The translations under genes were made by a program, and so were the position numbers. A DNA stretch of 61,333 bases, counting the filler, from Stramenopiles sp. TOSAG23-2 (Eukaryota): the NCBI GenBank assembly GCA_900128395.1. It is 3 parts of 3 records of this genome, joined end to end, with 100 filler letters (N's around TTAATTAATTAA, not from the genome) between each part and the next. Parts side by side here need not be neighbours in the genome. Positions count along the whole stretch, not along the records: positions 1 to 20,539 come from LT649556.1; 2 more parts are not named here. One strand, given 5' to 3'. The notes below the pieces were generated by a model, which saw only the letters and a list, made by a program, of their open reading frames with translations, ran no database searches and was not told the origin of the DNA. This document shows, piece by piece, positions 1 through 10,384 of the stretch; position 1 is the stretch's first letter, and each line of letters starts with the position of its first letter.

Positions 1-51
1 AAAACACATTGTGAATATCCTATTAACACCGGTGGAGATCCAATTGAATAA
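1..51 (+). CDS. 3' end of a glutathione S-transferase-like paralog, convergent with the next gene
   Basis: Frame 1 reads KTHCEYPINTGGDPIE*, matching the C-terminus KTYCEFPVNNGGDPL* of the minus-strand GST-like gene. Confidence 0.75.
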   Translation, partial: KTHCEYPINTGGDPIE

Positions 52-97
52 AAAAAATAATACGTTCGTAATAAAAAATGGAAACGAGGGCGTGAGA

Positions 98-127
98 GGT
101 GTATGTGTGTGTGTGTGTGTGTGTGTG
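98..127. repeat. (GT)n microsatellite
   Basis: Direct reading of the sequence. Confidence 0.9.
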
Positions 128-365
128 GTGTTAATTTTAAAAAAAAAGCTACAAAGTCGTACATGATAAATTTACGCGCGTCTTTAAATTTTCCACACAT
201 ATTCTCCTCTTCGTATGCACACCAAGTTAAAGTGGATCTCCACCATTGTTTACTGGAAATTCACAATATGTCTTGATAATATAATCACGATGTTCAATTA
301 ATATTGGTTTTAATGCGGCTTTTACTACTGGTTGATTATTTCCAAACATTGTATTGCACACCAAG

Positions 366-1225
366 TTAAAGTGGATCTCCGCCATTGTTTACTGGAAATT
401 CACAATATGTCTTGATAATATAATCACGATGTTCAATTAATATTGGTTTTAATGCGGCTTTTACTACTGGTTGATTATTTCCAAACATTTTATCCAGAAA
501 TTTTGTTTGTTTTGAACGTGGAAGAAAATCTGGTCCAGGTGGTGCAAGCATATATGACATAGTAGCCATGTAAATGTCTGCTGCTGTCAACGAATCTCCA
601 ACTAAATATTTACTACCAACTTTTTTTTGTGCTTCAAGTCGATCACAAATAATGGTTACAATTTGTGCAATTTTCCCAGGCGCTGCTTTACTTGCTTCTT
701 CGCTATATCCATATTTCATTGCAAGTGCTCCAGGTGCTTGGATACGCGAATTCCATATCAATCCATCTTCTGCTAAAATGAGAGTGCATAGACCAAAGAC
801 TCTTGCTCTGTCCATCATATTGTTTGGCACCAATTGGGGGCCTGTACCAATACGTTCTGCCAATGCCAATTGCTCAGTCCAATTACTACGTAAGGGCCTG
901 TACCAACTCTTTCTGCCATGGCTAATTGTTCAGTCCAATTACTACGTACTCTTTCGTCGTTGTACCACATTACAGGCAAACTTGTTTGTGATGTCAATTC
1001 ATACAATCTTTTTTGTCGATCTTTACCAGTTTTTTTATCTTTACCCATAGCTGGATGATGCACACGTGTAAATGGAATGTTTTTCACATAACATATATTT
1101 TTCAAAGCTTCTGCATATAAAGCAGGAAAGCCACGCATAAAAGTTATTCGAACTCCTTTCATTGTTGCACCTTCTTCCAATGATACATAATTTTCATTTG
1201 CTTTATCTAAAAATGCTTTTGACAT
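366..1225 (-). CDS. Glutathione S-transferase-like protein, split into two ORFs by a 57-bp duplicated overlap
   Basis: N-terminal thioredoxin-like part (QTSLPVMWYNDE) and C-terminal YLVGDSLTAADIY GST motif. SNWTEQLAxAERxGTGP is encoded twice with substitutions at about 838-948. Confidence 0.75.
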
Positions 1226-1888
1226 GATTTGTTTCTTTTATTTCTTTTTTATTGTATGTTTATTAAAGCACTACTTGGTTGTAGCGGGTCTCTTTTGGAT
1301 TTAGTTTTTATTATATCTATATACCTTTCTTCTTATATGAATGTGTATAATGTATAGATATACAAATGAATAATATCTAATATATCAATTCAATAATACT
1401 GTATCTTAAGCACATAAGTTCAATAATAAGGATAAAGGATTGATGTAATAAAGAGATTGGACACAACAAAAATTAAAATAAAAAGCTGGTTCACAGTTCA
1501 CAGTATAGCACAGTAGCTATATTCACCTTAACCTGCTGAGGTATTATTATACTACACTAATGGTATTATCATATTGATTCAATAGCAGGTGAATAACTCT
1601 GGAGACCACCTTTTTTTGAACGAAGAATATTGTGGTGTTTTTTTTCTGGTGTTTAATTAGGACTTTACAGAAATAATTAATAAATACAATTAATGTATGA
1701 ATGAAATAACATACATGTAGACGTATACATTTAACAACAACAATAGAAAACAACAACAAATAACAACATGGGGCGATTAAATAGGCAGAAGAAATATAGG
1801 AAAATATTGAAATATTATAAAATCAATTATAAAATAAAAGCACCGTTTAAAGTAACAACAACAATAGAAAACAACAACAAATAACAAC

Positions 1889-2653
1889 ATGGGGCGATTA
1901 AATAGGCAGAAGAAATATAGGAAAATATTGAAATATTATAAAATCAATTATAAAATAAAAGCACCGTTTAAAGTATTATTGGATGGTAATTTTATACATG
2001 CATCCATTAAAAATAGTGTCACTATTAATGAAAAAATACCAAAAATATTAAACGATCCAACTTGTGACTTATTAGTGCCTAATATTGTATTGGATGAATT
2101 GGAAAAAATAGGAGAACCTGTAAAAGAAACGTTGTATCAAGCACAAACATTTAAAAAACATAAATATGGAAATGGCTCGACACCATCGGAAGTTATATTA
2201 GATATTATTGGTCAAACCAACCGTAATAAATTTGTTGTATGTACTCAAGATGTAGATTTACGACATCAACTTCAAAAAATACCAGGTGTACCATTAATAT
2301 ACATGAACAAAGCATCATTTGTCATTGAACCACCATCCTATGCATCAAATCGATTAACTGAAAAACAAGAACAAAAAAAAAATGAACCAAAACGAGATGA
2401 ACGTAGACGTTTACAACAAGCAATGGGTGGTAAATCATTATCCTCTATCAATAAAAATCATAATAATGATAATAGTATCAATCCATTATCCAAAAAACGT
2501 AAAAAAGGTAGTGGTGGTGGTATTAAACAACCAAATCCATTATCCATGAAAAAGAAAAAAGTAAAAGCAAATCTTGGTGTTGTGAATAATAATAATAATG
2601 ATGATGATGATACTACGACAAATAAAAAACGTCGTAAAAAACGTCGTGGTTGA
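1889..2653 (+). CDS. UTP23: rRNA-processing PIN-domain protein UTP23 (Fcf1 family)
   Basis: PFKVLLDGNF, FVVCTQD and IPGVPLIY motifs, plus the C-terminal PNPLSMKKKK. Confidence 0.9.
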   Translation: MGRLNRQKKYRKILKYYKINYKIKAPFKVLLDGNFIHASIKNSVTINEKIPKILNDPTCDLLVPNIVLDELEKIGEPVKETLYQAQTFKKHKYGNGSTPSEVILDIIGQTNRNKFVVCTQDVDLRHQLQKIPGVPLIYMNKASFVIEPPSYASNRLTEKQEQKKNEPKRDERRRLQQAMGGKSLSSINKNHNNDNSINPLSKKRKKGSGGGIKQPNPLSMKKKKVKANLGVVNNNNNDDDDTTTNKKRRKKRRG

Positions 2654-3148
2654 AAAGAATCATTTTAATTTTTGTGTAACAACGAGCGAGGAGAGAAGAG
2701 GTGTTTTCGCAAAGGTAAATGTAGAATGTAAGGTATAAATAAAAAACGTCGTAAAAAACGTCGTGGTTGAAAAGAATCATTTTAATTTTTGTGTAACAAC
2801 GAGCGAGGAGAGAAGAGGTGTTTTCGCAAAGGTAAATGTAGAATGTAAGGTATTTTTATATAGTGCTATTTATATGCTAAATTTCGAAATAATAAATAAA
2901 TAATAAATAATAATTAATAGATAGATCTAATAATAATAAATAATAAATCAACAATACTACTAAATCAAAAACGTAGATGACGTTGATATATATATATATA
3001 TATAAACATCATATGAAAAAATCTAATGGACAATAATATCCCCAACCCATGTAAATATATATATATATAAACATCATATGAAAAAATCTAATGGACAATA
3101 ATATCCCCAACCCATGTAACAAAATTGTAACATCTAAAAAGTAACAAG

Positions 3149-4459
3149 ATGGAAACGATACCAAAAAATAATGTAGATACAAAAAAACAAAAAACTTCGA
3201 TATTATTTCAACATGTACAAAATATTCCACGATATGAATGGAAAGATCCAAAAGCATTTGAAGCAATGTTAAAACAACAACCTATTGTTATTACTAAAAC
3301 TAATTTAGCTGGTAAAGGTTTAGAAAAATGGTATGATTTAGATTATTTAGGTGAAAATATGTCCCCTAGTGCAATGTTTCATACATACTTTTGTGAAAAA
3401 ACATTCTTATATTCCGATAGAAATGGTAAAAAAGGTCATCCGTATATTTTTGATAATAAAGTCAGAGAAGTAGAAATACCATTTCTTCAATTTAAAAATT
3501 TATTGGAGAAAAAAATAAATAATAATAAACATAATAATGATGATGGTGATGAATTAATTTACCTTCAACAACCATTATATGCTGGTATTGGAGAAAATAT
3601 TACAAAAGATTTCTCTTCTATGAATTGGGCATGGGTCAACGCAATGAGAATGCAATTGGATTTTGGACCATTAACGACAAATACACTTTTAATAGGTCAA
3701 GAAGGTTCAACAACACCTTTACATTTTGATGAGCAAGAAAATTTCTTACATCAAATTGGTGGTACAAAAACATGTTATTTATTTGCTCCTTCGTATTATA
3801 AATATTTTTATCCATATCCATTGCAACATCCATGTGATCGACAATCTCAAATAAATTTTGATGCAATAGATTTTGATCGATTTTCAAATATGCGTGATAT
3901 CTGTTGTAATGATAAAGAAGAAGAAGGAGAAGGAGAAGGAGGAGGAAATAACAATGTAAATGAAAAAAAGGAAAAGAAGAAGAATTCAAATAAAAAACAA
4001 TATTATCATGGATATAAATGTGTTTTGGAACCTGGTGATGTTCTTTATATTCCAAGGTATTGGTGGCATCATATAATAAATGAAAAAAAGACCAGTATGG
4101 CTATTAACTTTTGGTTTAAACCACCAGATTTGGATAAAGAAATATTAAATCAGATTCCTATTACAAATCCTGATATTAAAGTGACATTAAGTCGAAATAT
4201 TGAAAAACTTGCATTAAATGAATTAAAAAATAAACATAAAGTAGCAAGCTTTTTTAAATATCATGATGATAAATTGAATGGGAAAAAAACAACTACAAAA
4301 ACAGGAAAGATAATTGAAGGTTACGAAGAATACTTCAAAGTAGTTAAATCACGTTTAAAATTAGTTTTACGTGAAGAGGATATAGATCCTTTTTTAAGAG
4401 ATTATTTATTTAATGGGAGATTTTCAGGGGTTAGGGTTATAAAATATACGGCCGTATGA
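3149..4459 (+). CDS. JmjC (cupin-8, FIH/JMJD5-like) 2-oxoglutarate/Fe(II) hydroxylase
   Basis: TPLHFDEQENF (HxD), LEPGDVLYIPRYWWH and AINFWF motifs. Confidence 0.9.
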   Translation: METIPKNNVDTKKQKTSILFQHVQNIPRYEWKDPKAFEAMLKQQPIVITKTNLAGKGLEKWYDLDYLGENMSPSAMFHTYFCEKTFLYSDRNGKKGHPYIFDNKVREVEIPFLQFKNLLEKKINNNKHNNDDGDELIYLQQPLYAGIGENITKDFSSMNWAWVNAMRMQLDFGPLTTNTLLIGQEGSTTPLHFDEQENFLHQIGGTKTCYLFAPSYYKYFYPYPLQHPCDRQSQINFDAIDFDRFSNMRDICCNDKEEEGEGEGGGNNNVNEKKEKKKNSNKKQYYHGYKCVLEPGDVLYIPRYWWHHIINEKKTSMAINFWFKPPDLDKEILNQIPITNPDIKVTLSRNIEKLALNELKNKHKVASFFKYHDDKLNGKKTTTKTGKIIEGYEEYFKVVKSRLKLVLREEDIDPFLRDYLFNGRFSGVRVIKYTAV

Positions 4460-4700
4460 TAGATGTAATCAGAGAGAGTGTGTGAGACACGAGGTGAAGA
4501 GGATATAGATCCTTTTTTAAGAGATTATTTATTTAATGGGAGATTTTCAGGGGTTAGGGTTATAAAATATACGGCCGTATGATAGATGTAATCAGAGAGA
4601 GTGTGTGAGACACGAGGGTTTACATGAAAATATACGCACACACAACAAATTTACGTTCGTATATTTTTATATATATATTATATTACGAGAAGTGTAAAAT

Positions 4701-4866
4701 TATAATTTAATTTACGCATAATTTATTTTTAATTTACTCATGATAATTCCTACTCTTCAAAAGAATAAAATAACTGAAATAATCTATCTCACACTACAAG
4801 TGTGTTGATATTCTCATAATCGAAAATACCAATGTAAAATTATTATAACTTTAGATTTTAACCATC
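4701..4866 (+). repeat. Dispersed AT-rich non-coding element, copy 1
   Basis: Matches 20640-20707 (reverse complement, identical) and 51312-51615 (diverged, with insertions). Confidence 0.85.
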
Positions 4867-4940
4867 ATAATCATAGATTATAAAATATAAAAAAAAAAAA
4901 TAATGTTTTCGTACATAATAAAGTTTGTGTTTTTATTCAT

Positions 4941-6651
4941 TTAAAAATCACCATTGCCTCTTCCAACTCTTCTACCATTTGCATCATAAATGTTTGATTT
5001 TCCACCTTTTGAACGTAAAAGTCCAATGATCTCTTGTTTAATTGGACTATCATTATATTCATATGCAAGATCTAATAGAGTTTGTCCATAATCATCCATT
5101 TCATTAATATCATCAATCTTAGTTAATGCTTCACGTACGACTTCTATATCGGATCCTATTACTACTGCATGCCGTTCAACATTTAAATCACCATTGCCTC
5201 TTCCTACAATTCTACCATTTTCATCATATTTATTTGCTTTTCCACTCTTAGTTAATGCTTCACGTACGACTTCTATATCGGATCCTATTACTACTGCATG
5301 CCGTTCAACATTTAAATCACCATTGCCTCTTCCAACTCTTCTACCATTTGCATCATATTTATTTGCTTTTCCACCTTTTAAACGTAAAAGTGCTATGATG
5401 TCTTGTTTAATTGGACTATCATTATACAAATATGCAAGATCTAATACAGTTTGTCCATAATCATCCATTTCATTAATATCATCAATCTTAGTTAATGCTT
5501 CACGTACGACTTCTATATCGGATCCTATTACTACTGCATGCCGTTCAACATTTAAATCACCATTGCCCCTTCCTACAATTCTACCATTTTCATCATATTT
5601 ATTTGCTTTTCCACAATGCTTCACGTACGACTTCTATATCGGATCCTATTACTACTGCATGCCGTTCAACATTTAAATCACCATTGCCTCTTCCTACAAT
5701 TCTACCATTTTCATCATATTTATTTGCTTTTCCACCTTTTTGACGTAAAAGTGCAATGATATATTGGCGATTACATGCATATGCAACGCCCAGGGGAGTG
5801 GATCCCCACCATAACCTGGACAGAGAGTCTGCAATGGACGTCTTCTTATTAATGCTATCAAGAGACAGATGAGATAATAACAATTTAATCAACTCAGTAG
5901 TCATTCTGCCATTACTTGCTGCATAGTGTAATACATTCCATCCATCACTATCTGCAATATTAGGATCAGCTTCACCTTGTTCAATTAAATATTGAACTAC
6001 TTGGAAATGTCCTTTCTTTGCAGCTATCATTAAAGGTCTCTTATCCCAACCACCCCAATTTGTACCGACTTGATTCACGTATTCTCTCAATGTCATATTA
6101 CTATTAATACCATTCATGCATGTAATAAATAATTTCACATCCTGTAAACGCCCTTTTTCACATGCACATACCAATGGCGTGCCTTCTGGGAATTCGGTTT
6201 CATAACGATCGTTTAAACGATTCAAAACATTTTGATAATATATATCACGTATTGTCGGTACAGTTAAAAATCGTTTTGTTGTTTTTCCAAACATATTCAT
6301 TAACGCTTGACCATCGTTACCAAGATATGGTATTATAGTTTTCACACATATATCATCAATCCCAGGCAATCTTGAAAAGTCACGCTTTACTACCTTTTCC
6401 ATGCATTGTTTATCTTGTTGCCTCACTTTAAGATGCACCATTGTTTCCATTCGTTCTAAAACACCTTTCTTGTTTTCTGGTGTAAGCTCACCATTACCAT
6501 TAGATAATTTATCATACATTGTATTTATAAAATCATCAATAAATGGTACTAATGAAATTGTTTTTATTTGTGATGTATTATTATTTTGTGTAGTTATTGC
6601 TGACGTCCTCGGTCTTTTTGCTGGTGGTGGATTGATAGTTAACGATGCCAT
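4941..6651 (-). CDS. NLS / F-box-like / ankyrin-repeat protein; frameshift near 5613 lies in the repeat array and is probably a mis-assembly
   Basis: PPAKRPR; FSRLPGIDDICVKTIIPYL; ankyrin motifs GTPLVCAC, RPLMIAA, NVLHYAA and GQTVLDLA; full and partial 80-aa C-terminal units. Paralog of 37368-38837. Confidence 0.8.
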
Positions 6652-7071
6652 GTTGTTGTTATATGTGCTGTGTATGATATATATATATATATATGTTTGT
6701 TTCTCTTGTCAAATATATTTCTTATAATTCTATATTAGAGTATATATTATATATATTTTTAAAAATAATAATATTTTTTACATACACGCATACAACACGT
6801 ATATATTTTGAAAAAAAATTGATGATGATTATTTTATATTCAACGAAGCAGGAATACACACACACACACCGCGCAGTAAACACACACAACACAATTTCTC
6901 ATTTATATATCATATTAATTTACAATGGAACTTGACTTAACTTATAATTCGTCTTTGCTTTTGGCATTGTCATCCATCTACCTTTCTTTTCATATTCCGT
7001 TTTGACTTGTTGAATGAATGAATTATTAATTTCACGCTCAACTTCATCCATAGCAGCTATATCATATTAAT

Positions 7072-8625
7072 TTACAATGGAACTTGACTTAACTTGTAAT
7101 TCGTCTTTGCTTTTGGCATTGTCATCCATCTACCTTTCTTTTCATATTCCGTTTTGACTTGTTGAATGAATGAATTATTAATTTCACGCTCAACTTCATC
7201 CATAGCAGCTCTGGCTTCTGCTTTTCTAGCATTGTCTTCACTAATTTGACGTATTAAATCACGACGATATTGTTTCTTATTTTGTAATCGTTTTTTAACA
7301 TCATTATCTTGCAATTTTAATTTTTCACTAGCAATTTTATTCATCTTAATTGCAAACTCTCTATCTTTTTTTCTTAACGCTTCTTCCTCCTCCCTTTTTC
7401 TTATAATTGCTGCATCAATCGAGGCCATCATGTCACGTTTCATCTTCTCTTTCTTCGCAATCGCAGCTTTTTCTTTGTCATCAACTCTTTTTTGTTCTGC
7501 TTCCCGATGTCGCTTATTTCTAGCTTCTTCAGCAGCAAATATTGCTGCTTCATTATTTTGCGTTGCTTGACCAATGGCAGTCAATTTATGCTGGCGTGCA
7601 TATAGATCAGCTAATCTTTTCTCACGTGCCCTTTCCTGTTTATCAAGAATTTCTTTCCATTGCGCATCGATTCTAGCTTCTTCTTCCCACATTTTCTTCT
7701 TTTGATTCTCACGCATAATCAAAATCTGTGCATTTTCTTTTTTCACAATTTCCAATTCTTTCTGTTTGCGCAACATATCACGACGTTTTTCTTCTTTTTC
7801 ATCCTCTAATGCTTTTTTTTGCCTTTTAACAATTCGCATTTCTTCGAAATGTTTTTGTTTACGCGCAGCATCCGTACGACGTTTTGTTTCCTCCAGTTGT
7901 TTTTTTCTTTCTTGTTGAATCAACTGATGTTGTCTTAAACTTCTGCGTTTAATTTCTTTTTGCTCTTTAATCCATTTTTTCTTTTGCATTTTTTCATATT
8001 CTAGCCAATACTTTTTATCTTCATTTGCCTTGATTCTCTCTGCATATTTTGACTCTTCTTGTTTTTTTAAATATGACTGTATATCTTTAGCATGCTTACG
8101 CCTAGCTGCTTCTTTCTTCTTTGCATCCATTTCACTTTTTTCTGCAGAAAACATATTTAACATTGCCCATTCATTTGTCTTTGCACCTTCTTTTCTCTTA
8201 ACATAAAAGTTTGACTCTGGCACATCTGATACTATTTTTTGTGTCGGCAAAGAAGTCTTTGCTGATTTTATAGCTTCTTTCATTTCGTGTTGAAACTTTT
8301 TCTTTGATTTTTTCTTTTCATATTTATTTCTTGGATCTGGATAATGATCAATTCGTTTTAAACGATTAGGATTACCAATACTTGCTTTATTGGTTATTTT
8401 AACTCGTTTTAAAAATTCGGTTAAATTTTGATCTTTTCCATGGTCATTTCCATGTATCCTATCATGTCGTATTTTACGTGCACGTGCATGTTTCCGTGCT
8501 AACTCTTTAGCATGCATATCATTCATTATTTTTTTTTTCCTTGCAACTTTATCTTCACCAGATGCACGTTTCCTAGATGATTGTGCTGCATTTTTTGCAT
8601 ATATTTGTAACATTCGTGTCGTCAT
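7072..8625 (-). CDS. Long charged coiled-coil protein, trichohyalin-plectin-homology (ciliary MIP)-like
   Basis: 517-aa E/K/R/Q-rich helical ORF with YRRDLIRQI and AAMDEVEREIN-type C-terminal motifs. Confidence 0.6.
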   Translation of the reverse strand: MTTRMLQIYAKNAAQSSRKRASGEDKVARKKKIMNDMHAKELARKHARARKIRHDRIHGNDHGKDQNLTEFLKRVKITNKASIGNPNRLKRIDHYPDPRNKYEKKKSKKKFQHEMKEAIKSAKTSLPTQKIVSDVPESNFYVKRKEGAKTNEWAMLNMFSAEKSEMDAKKKEAARRKHAKDIQSYLKKQEESKYAERIKANEDKKYWLEYEKMQKKKWIKEQKEIKRRSLRQHQLIQQERKKQLEETKRRTDAARKQKHFEEMRIVKRQKKALEDEKEEKRRDMLRKQKELEIVKKENAQILIMRENQKKKMWEEEARIDAQWKEILDKQERAREKRLADLYARQHKLTAIGQATQNNEAAIFAAEEARNKRHREAEQKRVDDKEKAAIAKKEKMKRDMMASIDAAIIRKREEEEALRKKDREFAIKMNKIASEKLKLQDNDVKKRLQNKKQYRRDLIRQISEDNARKAEARAAMDEVEREINNSFIQQVKTEYEKKGRWMTMPKAKTNYKLSQVPL

Positions 8626-9476
8626 CTTTTTTTGTTTGTTTGTTTGTTTTATGTTTAAATATTAATTATCAATAACAAATAAAAAAATAAATCTAATAAT
8701 ATAACTACTAATAAATAGCAGTTGTTATCGTGTTAAATTATATATTTATATCTGTATTTATATATACAGAAAACAAAATAAATAAACAGTATTCCTATGA
8801 TATATTTCGCTTACAACTCTTCAATCATGAAACACAATCGTAATAAACTTGTTCTATAACAAGAAGAGAGAGACTAAATATATATATTTTATTAATTTTT
8901 TTGGTATGGTTACAAATAATAATATATATTTTTTTTTAACAACAGGTAAATACAATGGGGAAACCCAATATTTTATTTCGCAAAATTAAAACCTTCAACA
9001 ACTCTATAAAACGTCTTTATTTCAACCCATAGTTGCTACACAGCACTACAGTATGAACATTCATAGAGTAAGGCGTGGAAATTGGTCTATCAGATACTGA
9101 AACATTAAAAAACCGGAAATATAACAAACTCATGTGTAAATCCCTTAAAACTTAAATTTGGTGTTTTTTTTGCTAGGTAATATCATACTATTTTGAACTC
9201 AACTTTTGTATACTAATGACCAAATCACGATCAATAAAAATCCCAAAAACTGGAAGGCCAGAAGGCAAACAACCTTGGTGGAAAGTGGAAAGGGGAGTTT
9301 ATTCGTTCGTTCAGCCAGTAACTTACAAGTATATAGTATTTTTATTAGATTTAAACAGTTGAATAAATGGAATGGAACAATATATCTTTCATAAAAATAT
9401 ACATAAATTGTTGTTTTTTCTTTGATATTATTGATAGAAATATTGAAGAAAGTTTTTAACAATAGCAGGCATCACA

Positions 9477-10151
9477 ATGTCAGCGAATTATAGAGGTTTG
9501 AATTACCATGGTGGTGGAACATATCAAGAATCAAATATGAATAATACCAGAGCACGTTTTAATGCTGCTTCCTCACCAAATAATAATAATAATTATAATC
9601 ATCATATATTAAGTACACCATCGTCCAACCAAGGTGATACTTTATTACCGTCTATTAGCTCACGAAAAAGCTCGCCCAGAAAATCATTCGCCGCCAAAGA
9701 TGGTGGCTTTGGTAAATCGTCCCTCCTTTTATGTTTCATATCATTAACACTTTTTGCTTTATGTATATATTTAATTTTTACTCGAAAATGTGCTACAAGG
9801 TCTGATTATGAAGCTTTGCAAGAAGAACATGAATTATTAAAAATGAAATTGTCTGAAGTAAAGTCAATCAGTTTAAATTTAAAAGCAAAGCATCAACGGC
9901 GATCAAAAGTTTTGCAAAATTTATATACGTCCAATTCTAAATTACGTGTTATGTTAAAAGAAGTTTGTATGGTACACGTTCCGGACGCTCTGAAACATGA
10001 AAACGAAGGAATAGAAGATTTTAAATTAGACAAAAAACATGATGAGAAGAAGAAGAATATAAAAGTAGAAACATTAGCCAAAAATAAGAAAATGCAAGAG
10101 GCAAAGTTAGAGTCGGATCAAAATAAAAAAGAGCCAAGTGGGCCATCATAA
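9477..10151 (+). CDS. Single-pass membrane protein with a coiled coil
   Basis: 224-aa ORF with one hydrophobic segment (LLLCFISLTLFALCIYLIF) followed by a heptad-rich region. Confidence 0.65.
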   Translation: MSANYRGLNYHGGGTYQESNMNNTRARFNAASSPNNNNNYNHHILSTPSSNQGDTLLPSISSRKSSPRKSFAAKDGGFGKSSLLLCFISLTLFALCIYLIFTRKCATRSDYEALQEEHELLKMKLSEVKSISLNLKAKHQRRSKVLQNLYTSNSKLRVMLKEVCMVHVPDALKHENEGIEDFKLDKKHDEKKKNIKVETLAKNKKMQEAKLESDQNKKEPSGPS

Positions 10152-10384
10152 ATATAGTTATATACATATACAATTTTTACGAACCGTATAATTCTTTCTT
10201 TACAAAGATAGTTTGATAGTTTTTTCTCTTACACAAGCAAGAATATTTATTGATAAGTATTTTATCACTTCGTATGATATGCATATCAATAACCATATCA
10301 TACTCGTATCATACAGTACTTCGTACATATAATTTTATATTCGCATATTGACATATGGTGTACATATTTCTATTTCTATTTAAC

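Noticed and set aside
4427-4439. GGGGTTAGGGTTA as a telomeric insert at the point where JmjC versions diverge
   Set aside because: Only about two units inside coding sequence; compatible with chance.
4941-5730. Programmed frameshift or variable-length ankyrin units
   Set aside because: The partial units of about 120 bp match the size of the assembly-overlap duplications elsewhere; mis-assembly is simpler.
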